Part shown: piece after piece, positions 9,169-18,446 of the stretch
Numbering within the stretch: position 1 is the stretch's first letter
Layout: each line of letters starts with the position of its first letter
Translations under genes and position numbers: made by a program
The notes under the pieces: model-generated
What the model was told of the DNA's origin: nothing
The model's input: only the letters and a program-made list of their open reading frames with translations
Databases searched by the model: none
Assembly: GCA_964360785.1 (NCBI GenBank)
Contig: CAYHXX010000001.1
Span: 260,187 to 324,186 of the forward strand
Origin: an uncultured Gammaproteobacteria bacterium
Lineage (GTDB): Bacteria > Patescibacteriota > Microgenomatia > Woykebacterales > RBG-16-39-9b
DNA length: 64,000 nt
Reading direction: 5' to 3'

Positions 9169-9723
9169 CTACTGGCAAGTTGTTTTGCCTTCGCCAACCG
9201 CACTAACCACTCCTACCGTTGAGTCCCAACTGATTATCTTACCGCTTTGATCAGTATAGATACAGATTTTAGTATTTGCAGAATCAGCTAAGTATGTTGT
9301 TTCGACTAAAGCTACTGAACTCTGATATTTACTACTTAGCAGGTAGTTCTTATCCCCACAACCATTTGTGGTAGAAAATATCTGTTTGGCTGGGGTACCT
9401 TTTGCTTTTTCTGCTGTTACACAGTTATTAACTGATTCTGCAACTGAACGCAATGCTGCCTGAGAGGACCTTTCTTTAGCTTCATTGATTTTTGCAGCAG
9501 GGTTGATTGCAACAATAACTATCATGATCAAAATAAAAGGCACCCCAAAAGCAGCTATACAACCGCAGCCAATCATGAGTTTCAGAAATAGGGGCATACC
9601 TTTTTTTGGCATGGCTGTTGGAACTGGCGGTTGAGTCGATCCAGGAGTGGCTGGAACCCAAACTGCTTGCTCTACTGGTTGTTGTGGCTGTACAGGAACT
9701 GGATTTGTGTTCTGCTCGTCCAT
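9169..9723 (-). CDS. Hypothetical membrane-anchored protein; tandem paralog of 8269..9156
   Basis: 184 aa. It has the same N-terminal Pro-rich segment and TM helix as the downstream gene, followed by a different C-terminal domain. Confidence 0.5.
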   Translation of the reverse strand: MDEQNTNPVPVQPQQPVEQAVWVPATPGSTQPPVPTAMPKKGMPLFLKLMIGCGCIAAFGVPFILIMIVIVAINPAAKINEAKERSSQAALRSVAESVNNCVTAEKAKGTPAKQIFSTTNGCGDKNYLLSSKYQSSVALVETTYLADSANTKICIYTDQSGKIISWDSTVGVVSAVGEGKTTCQ

Positions 9724-9750
9724 AAATTCTTAATTTATACGTCTGCTTAT

Positions 9751-10065
9751 TTATTTGGCACTAGTTGTAGAGGACTTTGTTACTGCTTTGGTTGCTAGCT
9801 TTACCGCTGCATCGGAAGCTGATTTTCTTGTCGTTGTTATTTCACTCTCCAAGGTATTGACTCTACCTTCGAGTCTTTGTAAAGCAATCCACATCAAACC
9901 CAAGATTAACATTGTTGCGGTTAAAATCATGCCTACGGCGGCGAATACTTTGGTTGGGTCAAATTGGGTACGATCGTCACTCTTGGCAAGTAGCACTGGT
10001 TTTAGTTTATCCACATCAGGATCTTGGATCAGTGGAGGAGGACTTTGGACAGCTTGTTCGGGCAT
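9751..10065 (-). CDS. Small membrane protein; an N-terminal-module-only member of the MPE(Q/E)...KVFAAVG family
   Basis: 104 aa beginning MPEQAVQ, followed by a KVFAAVGMILT TM helix and a Ser/Thr/Lys-rich tail ending ...TTSAK. It has no ectodomain. Confidence 0.4.
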   Translation of the reverse strand: MPEQAVQSPPPLIQDPDVDKLKPVLLAKSDDRTQFDPTKVFAAVGMILTATMLILGLMWIALQRLEGRVNTLESEITTTRKSASDAAVKLATKAVTKSSTTSAK

Positions 10066-10115
10066 AGGTAAATTATAGAAGAAAATTTAGGTTCTAGTCA
10101 AATATCAATTACTCA

Positions 10116-11648
10116 TTACTTACAGATCTTTAGCTTTGTTCCGTCAGGAAGCAAAAAAGTTTTTGTTTCTACCCTCTCACTTGGACAGTTTATCTCCTCA
10201 CCATTTCTGATCAGTAATAAATCTGCTTCTTGCGAGTTTGAAACAAACCTAAGCTGCCCCTTTTGGGCGTAAAAAGACAGCGCGGACTTGTTAAACCAAA
10301 TAGTATCCAAACCCTCAAAAGCAAAGCTAGAGTTGGGCGTTTTTTTAATATACTCAATAGCCTCTACCAAATACCAGTTTTCTCTTGTCGGAGGACCAAT
10401 CAAATAACCGTTTTGTGCAAACAAAACAAGTTTATTTTTCTCATTCAAATCTACTATTACATTCTTTGGTAAGAATGACAATCCAAAAGAAACGGCTAAA
10501 AAAGTTAAAATAGAGTAGCCAATTAAGAGAATCGAAAGTACCAGTCTTTGTTTTTCTTTCAGGAAATTTAACCAAAAAGTACTCACAACAGCAACTGCTG
10601 AAAGTATTGGTAAAGTATAACGCGCATCCTTGTTTCGAAGGAAAGTGAAGATTAAAACTGCTCCAAAGATAAACGTGAGTAGATAAAGATTCTTTCTCAA
10701 ATTTATAGCATCGCGTTTATAATAAAGGAAAAACAGGCCTGTTAAGAAAAACAAAACCGGTACAAGATAAAGTTGAGAGTTAATTAAATTGAAGAAATAA
10801 TACAAATTTGACTCTAGACTTCCGACTAATGGATCGCCTTCCTTAATACCAGATTGCAGACTTGCAACAACATCAATTCTCAGGTTCCGCAAATTACTCA
10901 AATACCAAAAACCGCTAACCAAATAGGCAACTAGTCCTGAAAAAATAGCATTGCGAACCCTAAATAGCTCCCTCTTCTTATTAATAACTGATCTAAGAGT
11001 TAAAAATAATGCCGTAAAAAGCGGTAGGATCATAAACAGTAAAAAAGTCCATTTTGTCAGTAGTCCAAGTCCAAAAACAATTCCAAAAACTATGGATCTC
11101 TTCTCCGAAGAAAATTCTCGGGTTTTAATCAATAAAACTAGTGCAAGAGCAACCATCGCTGACAGTGGTGCATCTATCTGAAACTCTTTAAATTGAGAAA
11201 CGAACATTGGTGTAGCCAGAAGGAAAACGGTCGCTAACAAACCAACACTTTTACTCCAAAATTCTTTACCTAGTTCGTAAGTAGAGTAGCTTAGTATTAA
11301 AAGAAAAGTAAAATTACTCAAAATCGCAGTTGGAATTGAAAAGCCAAACAAGGAAAGGTAAATTGACGCATTCCAATAAACTAGCGGCGGATAAAAACGG
11401 TAAGTAAATATATATTCAAAAAGCTGACTCAGATTAAAACGGTTGAAGTAAGTCAGACTATTTGAAAGATGAGTTGCCATGTCCCAATGCGGAGGTCGAG
11501 TTTCGCTGTGAATCCAAATCTGGTTTGAGAAAACAATTGCAGTAACAATCAAGAAGATTAGAGAATAGTTTCTCCAATCGGTAAATAGAAGGTTAAACTT
11601 GGAAAAGATTTGAAATTGCTGATTTGTTGAAGTTCTTGCTTTCTTCAC
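10116..11648 (-). CDS. GT-C fold membrane glycosyltransferase (ArnT/PMT_2-like, polyprenyl-phosphate-sugar dependent)
   Basis: 510 aa with about 12 predicted TM helices and an N-terminal loop carrying SETR..HWD acidic residues like the ArnT/PMT family. A C-terminal soluble domain is present. Confidence 0.5.
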   Translation of the reverse strand: MKKARTSTNQQFQIFSKFNLLFTDWRNYSLIFLIVTAIVFSNQIWIHSETRPPHWDMATHLSNSLTYFNRFNLSQLFEYIFTYRFYPPLVYWNASIYLSLFGFSIPTAILSNFTFLLILSYSTYELGKEFWSKSVGLLATVFLLATPMFVSQFKEFQIDAPLSAMVALALVLLIKTREFSSEKRSIVFGIVFGLGLLTKWTFLLFMILPLFTALFLTLRSVINKKRELFRVRNAIFSGLVAYLVSGFWYLSNLRNLRIDVVASLQSGIKEGDPLVGSLESNLYYFFNLINSQLYLVPVLFFLTGLFFLYYKRDAINLRKNLYLLTFIFGAVLIFTFLRNKDARYTLPILSAVAVVSTFWLNFLKEKQRLVLSILLIGYSILTFLAVSFGLSFLPKNVIVDLNEKNKLVLFAQNGYLIGPPTRENWYLVEAIEYIKKTPNSSFAFEGLDTIWFNKSALSFYAQKGQLRFVSNSQEADLLLIRNGEEINCPSERVETKTFLLPDGTKLKICK

Positions 11649-11654
11649 TTTTGG

Positions 11655-12725
11655 TTAGCGTTGACGCATAAAGGCTGGCACGTCATACTCATCTTCCGCT
11701 TCTTCCGAAGCTGGTTCAATTATCTCGGGGAGCGAAGCGGCCGCATCTCGAGCTTCGGTCGAGCGAAGTTTTTCTTCAGAAAACCCAGTGGCAATCACCG
11801 TGATCTTTACTTGATCCATCATCGACTCATCAATTGCAGCTCCAAAAATTATGTTGGCATCAGCATCGGCTGCTGCAGATATAATTTTGGCAGCCTCATC
11901 CACCTCATACATAGAGATATCTGGTCCGCCAGTAACATTGAACAAGACCCCTTTAGCGCCCTCAATAGAAAGTTCCAAAAGCGGTGAGGAGATTGCCGAA
12001 CGGGCGGCAGAGGCAGCACGGCCTTCACCTGTACCAAAACCAATACCCATCAAGGCGCTTCCAGCGTTGGTCATAATACTGCGAACATCGGCAAAATCAA
12101 CATTGATCAATCCTGGCAAAACTATAATATCGGAAATTCCCTGAACACCTTGTCCCAAAACACTGTCAGCAACCTTAAAAGCTTCGAGCAAACTCATTTT
12201 TTTATCAACAACATCCAAAAGTCTTTGGTTGGGAATTACAATCATGGTGTCGACTTTGTCTTTAAGACCATCGACACCCTCTTCGGCAACTACCCGACGA
12301 TGGGCACCTTCAAAAGAGAACGGTTTGGTGACGACTGCAACTGTGAGAGCCCCACTCTTGCGGGCAATATCAGCAATTACTGGACAACCACCAGTTCCAG
12401 TACCACCGCCCATACCACCAGTGACAAAGACCATATCGGCATCGGCTACTACTGCTTGGAGTTTTTCAAGAGATTCCTCGGCTGCTTTGCGACCAATTTC
12501 TGGATCACCACCACTCCCTAAACCACGTGTAAGTTGATCACCGATTTGTACTTTTGTTGGAGCCTGGCACGTCAAAAGCGCCTGGGCATCAGAATTGACA
12601 CCAATAAAATCAACGCCTTGTATTTGTTGCAAGTTGATCATAGAGTTGAGAGCGTTACAACCAGCCCCACCAACTCCGACAACTTTTATCTTTGCAAATC
12701 TGTTTACTTCAGGTTTGATAAGCAT
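11655..12725 (-). CDS. ftsZ: Cell division GTPase FtsZ
   Basis: Carries the GGGTGTG tubulin signature and the N-terminal GVGGAGCNA motif. 356 aa. Confidence 0.95.
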   Translation of the reverse strand: MLIKPEVNRFAKIKVVGVGGAGCNALNSMINLQQIQGVDFIGVNSDAQALLTCQAPTKVQIGDQLTRGLGSGGDPEIGRKAAEESLEKLQAVVADADMVFVTGGMGGGTGTGGCPVIADIARKSGALTVAVVTKPFSFEGAHRRVVAEEGVDGLKDKVDTMIVIPNQRLLDVVDKKMSLLEAFKVADSVLGQGVQGISDIIVLPGLINVDFADVRSIMTNAGSALMGIGFGTGEGRAASAARSAISSPLLELSIEGAKGVLFNVTGGPDISMYEVDEAAKIISAAADADANIIFGAAIDESMMDQVKITVIATGFSEEKLRSTEARDAAASLPEIIEPASEEAEDEYDVPAFMRQR

Positions 12726-12755
12726 ACGAAAACGTTCCTAATTTCTAGTGCACCG

Positions 12756-12784
12756 AGAATACACCAAGTATACAAAAGTGTCAA
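12756..12784 (-). promoter_or_regulatory. Candidate ftsZ-proximal promoter TTGACA-17-TATTCT on the minus strand
   Basis: In the ftsA-ftsZ intergenic region the minus strand reads TTGACAc-ttttgtatacttggtg-TATTCT, about 30 nt upstream of the ftsZ ATG. Confidence 0.25.
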
Positions 12785-12806
12785 ATTTTTTACGCTATAA
12801 TTTTTC

Positions 12807-14093
12807 CTAGGGGATAAAAGACTTTACCCAATTGAATGCTTTTTTGAAGATATCGAGAAATGCTCCTGTCCGAACTATGGGCAAACTCATACCAGCTGAG
12901 TTCGGGCTAAGTTTCTCACCGTACAAAATTGTACCAATCAGAGCAGCGTATGCGGGAGAGGAAATTTCTTCAATCAGGCCAGTGACGCCAGTCGGATAAG
13001 CAACTCGCACTGGCATTCTCAAGACTTCTTTTCCAATTTGTGTAACTCCAACCGTTTCGGCTCCTCCACCAGTAACTACTACACCTGCTGGCAGAAGACC
13101 TGCGTAACCTGAGCGCTTTATTTCCATACCAATTAGAGTAAAGATTTCAGTCAATCGTGGTTTGATGATCCCATCGGTCAAAGTCTTTTTGGAAAGAGCT
13201 CCTAAGTCATCGGTGAGCTCAAGTTTTGATAGGTCCATACTATCGCGACGTTTAGAATCCCTCTCCTCTTCGTCTTCGACAGAAACTTCATGCTTTTTCT
13301 TTTCAATTCGGGAAAGTTCCAATTTTATCTTTTCGGCATCGTCGAGTGAACCACGAATCCCAATAGCTAAATCGTTGGTGATATTTTTACCACCGATTGG
13401 TATCACAACTGAGTGGACAATCGCCCCATCAACAAAAAGTGTCAGATCTGTTGTTCCGCCTCCCATATCCACAAGTGCAACCCCAAGCTCTTTTTCAGTA
13501 TCAGTCAAAGTACTTACCGACGAAGCTAGTCCTGAAAAAACCAACCCTTCAACATCTACACCAACTTGCTGAACGCATTTGGCGAGATTCCGCATTGCAG
13601 TGGTAGCACCAGTGACAATATGAGTTTCAACCTCCAACCTGATACCAGTCATCCCGATTGGATCTTTGATACCTTCTTGGGAATCAACAATAAAATCTCG
13701 AGGGATCACGTGTATTACTTCGCGAGACGAAGGTATCGAAATTGCTCGAGCAGCCTCCGTAACTCGACGTACATCCTCTTCTGTAATTTCATTTTCTCCA
13801 CCGGCTACGGCCACAACCCCACGAGAATTTACACTACTGATGTGAGAACCACCAACAACAATAAAGGCTGATGAAACCGAAACCCCCGCCATTCGTTCTG
13901 CGGATTCAACCCCTTCACCGATAGCTTTTACAGCCTCGTCGATATCAACTATTTGTCCTTTGCGAATACCACGAGAAGCCACATTGGAAACACCAATCAC
14001 AGTAAGAGTATCTTCTTTTGAAATATTGGCTATTAACGTTGCTATTTTTGAGGATCCGACATCTATTCCAACAAGAATTCGTTCTTTTGACAC
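12807..14093 (-). CDS. ftsA: Cell division protein FtsA (actin-like ATPase)
   Basis: 428 aa beginning ILVGIDVGSSKI (phosphate-1 motif) with an FtsA/MreB fold. It lies immediately upstream of ftsZ. Confidence 0.9.
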   Translation of the reverse strand: MSKERILVGIDVGSSKIATLIANISKEDTLTVIGVSNVASRGIRKGQIVDIDEAVKAIGEGVESAERMAGVSVSSAFIVVGGSHISSVNSRGVVAVAGGENEITEEDVRRVTEAARAISIPSSREVIHVIPRDFIVDSQEGIKDPIGMTGIRLEVETHIVTGATTAMRNLAKCVQQVGVDVEGLVFSGLASSVSTLTDTEKELGVALVDMGGGTTDLTLFVDGAIVHSVVIPIGGKNITNDLAIGIRGSLDDAEKIKLELSRIEKKKHEVSVEDEEERDSKRRDSMDLSKLELTDDLGALSKKTLTDGIIKPRLTEIFTLIGMEIKRSGYAGLLPAGVVVTGGGAETVGVTQIGKEVLRMPVRVAYPTGVTGLIEEISSPAYAALIGTILYGEKLSPNSAGMSLPIVRTGAFLDIFKKAFNWVKSFIP

Positions 14094-14138
14094 GTTGTTT
14101 AACCTTTGGGTCGCTAGGCAGTTAAGGTTCTAAAGAAC

Positions 14139-14615
14139 CTAGTATTCGACCACGATTTTTTCAAAGCGAAAATCAACCTTTTTTATGGCTTTATTATCTA
14201 TTTTAGCTTTAGTTAAAAGAGTTTGTAAAGTACTGACCTGATCAGTCAAGCTTTTTTTGCTAGCAAAGATTATTGTCGGACCCTTTTTCGCTTTGACCAA
14301 TATATCCCCCTCAGTGGTATTTGTCAGAGATTCAATCTCAAAAACCTTGTCGTTATCAATAAGTTGTTTTAGTTCCTCTTCTTTTGAACTTGCTTTTATC
14401 TTTACCTCTTTTCTGACTTCGGGTTTGATACGAGTAAGGACTTCGGAAAATATTTTTTCATAAGAAAAGTTTGAGGATAAAAGTATCCATACTACGGTAC
14501 CGAGCAAAACTGAAATTATCAGCAAGATACTTACCCAGCGAAGTATCTGATCACGCCAGGCATGTTTTTTCTTGACAGTAAAAACTGGGACGGAAGTTTT
14601 GTTTGCGGTTGCCAT
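14139..14615 (-). CDS. Short FtsQ/DivIB-like cell division protein (single TM plus periplasmic domain)
   Basis: 158 aa with an N-terminal TM helix, located between murG and ftsA, the canonical ftsQ slot. It is shorter than typical FtsQ. Confidence 0.45.
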   Translation of the reverse strand: MATANKTSVPVFTVKKKHAWRDQILRWVSILLIISVLLGTVVWILLSSNFSYEKIFSEVLTRIKPEVRKEVKIKASSKEEELKQLIDNDKVFEIESLTNTTEGDILVKAKKGPTIIFASKKSLTDQVSTLQTLLTKAKIDNKAIKKVDFRFEKIVVEY

Positions 14616-14620
14616 GGAAG

Positions 14621-15721
14621 CTATTTTAAGATTTCAAAAACTTGCTGTGCCAAGAGTGCGGCTGCATTGAGATTTAGACTTTTTCGAGCTTTCTTGGCAT
14701 TGTCGTAATACTTTTTGTAATTATCCGCAATTAGATTTATCGCTGCTAACAACCTTTTTGGAGTTAATCTTTCTTCTGGAAGTATTATGGCGGCGTCTAT
14801 TTTTTCCATCAATTGAGCATTCTTTGTCTGCTCATCCCCTGCAGCTATCGCCAGAGGAACAAAAACCGCAGGTACTCCAAGAGCCATAGTCTCAAAAACA
14901 GTATTTGCCCCTGAGCGCCCAACCAAAATACTCGTTTTTGAAAACACATCCACCGATTCTTGTGTGTCAAACCACTTGGCCAGCTGATAGCGACTCCGAA
15001 GCCTGGATGAGAGTTGACTAGCAAAGGCGGTCAGGGTCTCAAAATCTTTATTTACCTCCGAACTACCGCTTTGGTGAATCACTTGGTACTTCTCAAGCAA
15101 GTCCTTCAGGATTTCCAGAACCATCTCATTGATTATATGAGCACCTTGATTTCCGCCGGTTATATAAATTGTTGGTCTGGAAACTCGCTTCTTTTCAAGG
15201 TTTAATAAATCTGCTCTGATAGGATTACCAACCAAAACTGTTTTATTCTTTGGAAAATGCTCTAGTGATTCCTCCCAGGAAACCGCAATTTTTTTCGAAA
15301 ACCTTGCTATCAACTTGTTTGAAAGACCGCTTCTGAGAGTTTGCTCGTGAGTAATTATTGGTATCCCCAGAATCCAACCAGCAGCAACTACAGGCGCAGC
15401 TACATAGCTACCGAATGACAGTATTGCTTGTGGTCGCTCTCGCGAAAGTATACCCAGCGCCTGGATCAAACCAAGTGGTACTTTGGCCAAGCTTCCCAAT
15501 GTATAACGCGTAAACCGTCTCTGCAATCTCCCTGGTCGGATAGCATAAAATTTTATCCCCAAATTTGGTACAACGATAGATTCAGCTGAAGGAGCTCTGT
15601 CACCTTCGGTGGCGTGAGCTCTGCCGATAAAAATTATTTCGATTTCAGGATTTTTTCGCAGTTCATCTATTGTCGCCAGAGCGGGAGTAAGATGACCACC
15701 TGTAACTACAATCTTCTGCAT
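14621..15721 (-). CDS. murG: Undecaprenyldiphospho-muramoylpentapeptide beta-N-acetylglucosaminyltransferase
   Basis: 366 aa GT28 protein beginning IVVTGGHLTPALA, sitting in dcw context. Confidence 0.85.
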   Translation of the reverse strand: MQKIVVTGGHLTPALATIDELRKNPEIEIIFIGRAHATEGDRAPSAESIVVPNLGIKFYAIRPGRLQRRFTRYTLGSLAKVPLGLIQALGILSRERPQAILSFGSYVAAPVVAAGWILGIPIITHEQTLRSGLSNKLIARFSKKIAVSWEESLEHFPKNKTVLVGNPIRADLLNLEKKRVSRPTIYITGGNQGAHIINEMVLEILKDLLEKYQVIHQSGSSEVNKDFETLTAFASQLSSRLRSRYQLAKWFDTQESVDVFSKTSILVGRSGANTVFETMALGVPAVFVPLAIAAGDEQTKNAQLMEKIDAAIILPEERLTPKRLLAAINLIADNYKKYYDNAKKARKSLNLNAAALLAQQVFEILK

Positions 15722-15750
15722 ACAATAATAGATTATACTACAGGAAAATT

Positions 15751-16911
15751 TTAATTTTGCTTGGTTTCGTTCGCAGTGTGTTTAGAAAGTTGGAGAAGTA
15801 CTGCAACTGCTAGAAATATTGAGATTAAGGAACTACCACCATAAGATATAAAGGGAAGTGGTACACCCGTCAAAGGTAGCATTGCTAGCATACCAGAAAG
15901 GTTAATAAAAACCTGTAAACCAATCCAAATACCAATCCCAGAAGCTAGCAACTGTCCGAATCTATCCGGCAGATGAGAAGCAATTTTAAAGGCGCGGAAG
16001 ACTACCAAAAACAGTAGACAAATAAATATCAGAGAACCAAAAAAACCCAGTTCATTACCAATAACGGCAAAGATTGAGTCTGTCGTGATCTCAGGGATAT
16101 ACCCATACTTTTGTCGTGATTGTCCTAACCCTACTCCAAACCAACCACCAGACCCCAACGCGATCAAGATTTGGTTAATATGATAGGCAGCTCCTTGGGG
16201 ATCAGAACCTGGATTTAAAAAAGTTAAGAATCTTTCTCTGCGATAACCAGATGAAAAAATAAACCCCAGGATTGAAAGTAAACCTGCAGGTATCAGGAGA
16301 AAAAAGTGTGCTAACGGGGCGCCAGAGAGGAAGTACACCAATAAACCAGTCAGACTAATGATGATTGCTGTTCCCAGATCACGCTGGAGTATCAAGACCC
16401 CAAGTAAGAATCCAGTCAAAATGACAAATGGCCAGAATTTCACTTTTTTTGATAAGAATGCAGACAAATATATAATGTACCCAAGTTTCGCAAATTCTGA
16501 TGGCTGTATGGAAAAAAGCTGCCCCACCCCAATCCAACGTTGCGCTCCGTAGATATTAAGACCAATACCAGGCACAAATACTGCTATCAGCAATACAATC
16601 GATCCCAACATTATTACCGGTGCTAACTTCTCCCAAATCTTATAAGGGAACAAATAAACCAAAAAAGCAACAGCCGCGCCTCCAACTGCCCAGATAATTT
16701 GCAGCCTTGCAAGTCGTGTCGGATCACCAAAATCTCTTTCTGAAGTAACTGGTGAGGCATTGTAAATCATCAGCAATCCAAACAACACCAAAAAAACTGT
16801 TGCGGTTAACAGTAAGAAATCTGGTCGGTGTGCTTGCGTTTTTTGGGTATGCTGAATATGTTTTGCTTCCATGTCTAATGAAATTAAAGTATAACTCAAT
16901 TCTGAAAACAT
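15751..16911 (-). CDS. ftsW: SEDS-family lipid II flippase/polymerase FtsW
   Basis: 386 aa polytopic protein carrying the SEDS motif and placed in the ftsW position between murD and murG. Confidence 0.8.
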   Translation of the reverse strand: MFSELSYTLISLDMEAKHIQHTQKTQAHRPDFLLLTATVFLVLFGLLMIYNASPVTSERDFGDPTRLARLQIIWAVGGAAVAFLVYLFPYKIWEKLAPVIMLGSIVLLIAVFVPGIGLNIYGAQRWIGVGQLFSIQPSEFAKLGYIIYLSAFLSKKVKFWPFVILTGFLLGVLILQRDLGTAIIISLTGLLVYFLSGAPLAHFFLLIPAGLLSILGFIFSSGYRRERFLTFLNPGSDPQGAAYHINQILIALGSGGWFGVGLGQSRQKYGYIPEITTDSIFAVIGNELGFFGSLIFICLLFLVVFRAFKIASHLPDRFGQLLASGIGIWIGLQVFINLSGMLAMLPLTGVPLPFISYGGSSLISIFLAVAVLLQLSKHTANETKQN

Positions 16912-16957
16912 TAGTTGGGAGGTAAAAGAAAGATAATTGACTTTGATCTAGTTTTCT

Positions 16958-17443
16958 TTGATAATGATTTTAATGCCTTCAGAAGACGCTGCCAATAAAG
17001 ATTCCAACCTCAAGATCATTGCATTTGTTGCTATTTTTCTCATTATTGCTCTAGTTGCAGTGCTTTTTTACTATCAAAGTTTCCAAAACGGAAACAAAAC
17101 AACAAGCAAAACCACCACTTCCAATACCAATGATTGGGTCACTTACACTAGCAAAACCCACGGATACTCGATCAGCTACCCAAAGTCCTGGCAAAAAGTG
17201 GTAGCGGCAACTTCAACTGACTCCAGTGGTCCAGAAATAATTTTGCTCAACTTGACCGACAATGAAGGTCGGGACAACGGCAAGCCAAATATCATCATCA
17301 CCGCAGGAGCCCCGGCGGATGTCTGTAGCGAAATTAAAGATCAAACTTGCAGGGAGCTAGGAAACAATGTTTTTGCCTCAATTCAGGCAAATGGCGATCA
17401 AGCCATCATTGACCAGGTTCTCAATACTTTTAAAACTAATTAA
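16958..17443 (+). CDS. Hypothetical anchored or secreted protein; a member of the TFK(F/T) ectodomain family
   Basis: 161 aa. The likely start is the internal MPSEDA at about 16973. A TM helix is followed by a Thr-rich linker (TTSKTTTSNTN), the ectodomain motif DWVTYTSKTHGYSISYPKSW and the C-terminus NTFKTN. Confidence 0.45.
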   Translation: MIMILMPSEDAANKDSNLKIIAFVAIFLIIALVAVLFYYQSFQNGNKTTSKTTTSNTNDWVTYTSKTHGYSISYPKSWQKVVAATSTDSSGPEIILLNLTDNEGRDNGKPNIIITAGAPADVCSEIKDQTCRELGNNVFASIQANGDQAIIDQVLNTFKTN

Positions 17444-17451
17444 ATAAACTT

Positions 17452-17679
17452 ATGCCAGAACAAAATGTCCAAGTAACCCCAAGTGCACCAAAATTCAACA
17501 CCCACAAGGTGTTTGCTGCCATTGGGATCATTTTAACAGTAGCAATTATTGCAGTAGCTGCTATTTGGTATTTTACCGATAGTAGCAGCAGCTCTGATGA
17601 TGAAAGTGGTACTACAGTGAAGGTTTCAACAAGTTCAGCCAAACCTGCAACTAAGTCTGCGACTAGTGCTGCGAAATAA
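17452..17679 (+). CDS. Small membrane protein; an N-terminal-module-only family member
   Basis: 75 aa beginning MPEQNVQ, with an HKVFAAIGIILT TM helix and an S-rich tail ending SAAK. It ends where the ectodomain would begin. Confidence 0.4.
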   Translation: MPEQNVQVTPSAPKFNTHKVFAAIGIILTVAIIAVAAIWYFTDSSSSSDDESGTTVKVSTSSAKPATKSATSAAK

Positions 17680-17684
17680 ACAAA

Positions 17685-18446
17685 ATGCTCGAGCAACCTG
17701 TCCCAAACCCACTAGCCAAAAACCCAAACATCCACACACATAAAGTCTTTGCCGCAGTTGGATTAATTCTCATTGGAGTAATCCTTGCCGTAGCTGGAAT
17801 TTGGTGGTATGTGAACAACCAATCGGAAACGACAACCTTAGAGACTGCAGATACTTCAACCAAAGTCTCAACCTCTTCAGCCAAGAAAACTGCAGAATCA
17901 GTTGAAAAAACAGTGGAGGATGAAATTGCTGAGTGGAAAACTTTTACTAATTCTAGTTTTAAATATTCTCTCAAGTATCCCGAGGGTATAAATCCTTTCT
18001 CAAATTCGCCTATGGGCGGGGATACTGCTGATGTTTCAGGAGATGTGATATTTACCAATGACCCAAAGGTTACAACTGAGACACGAGGCGTGGAGGGAAC
18101 GATTGGGAAAGATTTCTATCTGCTACAGATTTACCTGATAGATAAGAACGGAAATTCTTACTACACGGGTAAGACTTTAGCAGAAATCGCTCAAGGAGAT
18201 TACAACAAAAATAAAACTAGCGCGCAGAGTATCACAGAACTAACCCAAACCACAGTTGGGGGTAAAAGTGCGTATTCTTTTCAAAAGACCAAGGCCACTG
18301 CTTTTGATTATCTTGCCGGTGGTTGGTTGCTGACCCAAGAAACCATAAAGATACTTGAAGTCGAGAATAACGGATCGATATATTACCTGATTTATCGTCC
18401 AAACGACACAATTGAAGAAATCCTTACGACCTTCAAATTCCTCTAG
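17685..18446 (+). CDS. Hypothetical N-terminally anchored surface protein of the TFKFL family
   Basis: 253 aa with the N-terminus MLEQPVPNPLAKNPNIHTHKVFAAVGLILIG, the linker TTTLETADTSTKVSTSSAKK, an ectodomain starting EWKTFTNSSFKYSLKYPEG, and the C-terminus ILTTFKFL. Confidence 0.5.
   Translation: MLEQPVPNPLAKNPNIHTHKVFAAVGLILIGVILAVAGIWWYVNNQSETTTLETADTSTKVSTSSAKKTAESVEKTVEDEIAEWKTFTNSSFKYSLKYPEGINPFSNSPMGGDTADVSGDVIFTNDPKVTTETRGVEGTIGKDFYLLQIYLIDKNGNSYYTGKTLAEIAQGDYNKNKTSAQSITELTQTTVGGKSAYSFQKTKATAFDYLAGGWLLTQETIKILEVENNGSIYYLIYRPNDTIEEILTTFKFL

Noticed and set aside
11661-12537. Several plus-strand ORFs (108, 97, 123 and 102 aa) antisense within ftsZ
   Set aside because: They fall within a highly conserved FtsZ coding region. 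Their low-complexity composition mirrors the Gly/Ala-rich FtsZ codons, so they are shadow ORFs.
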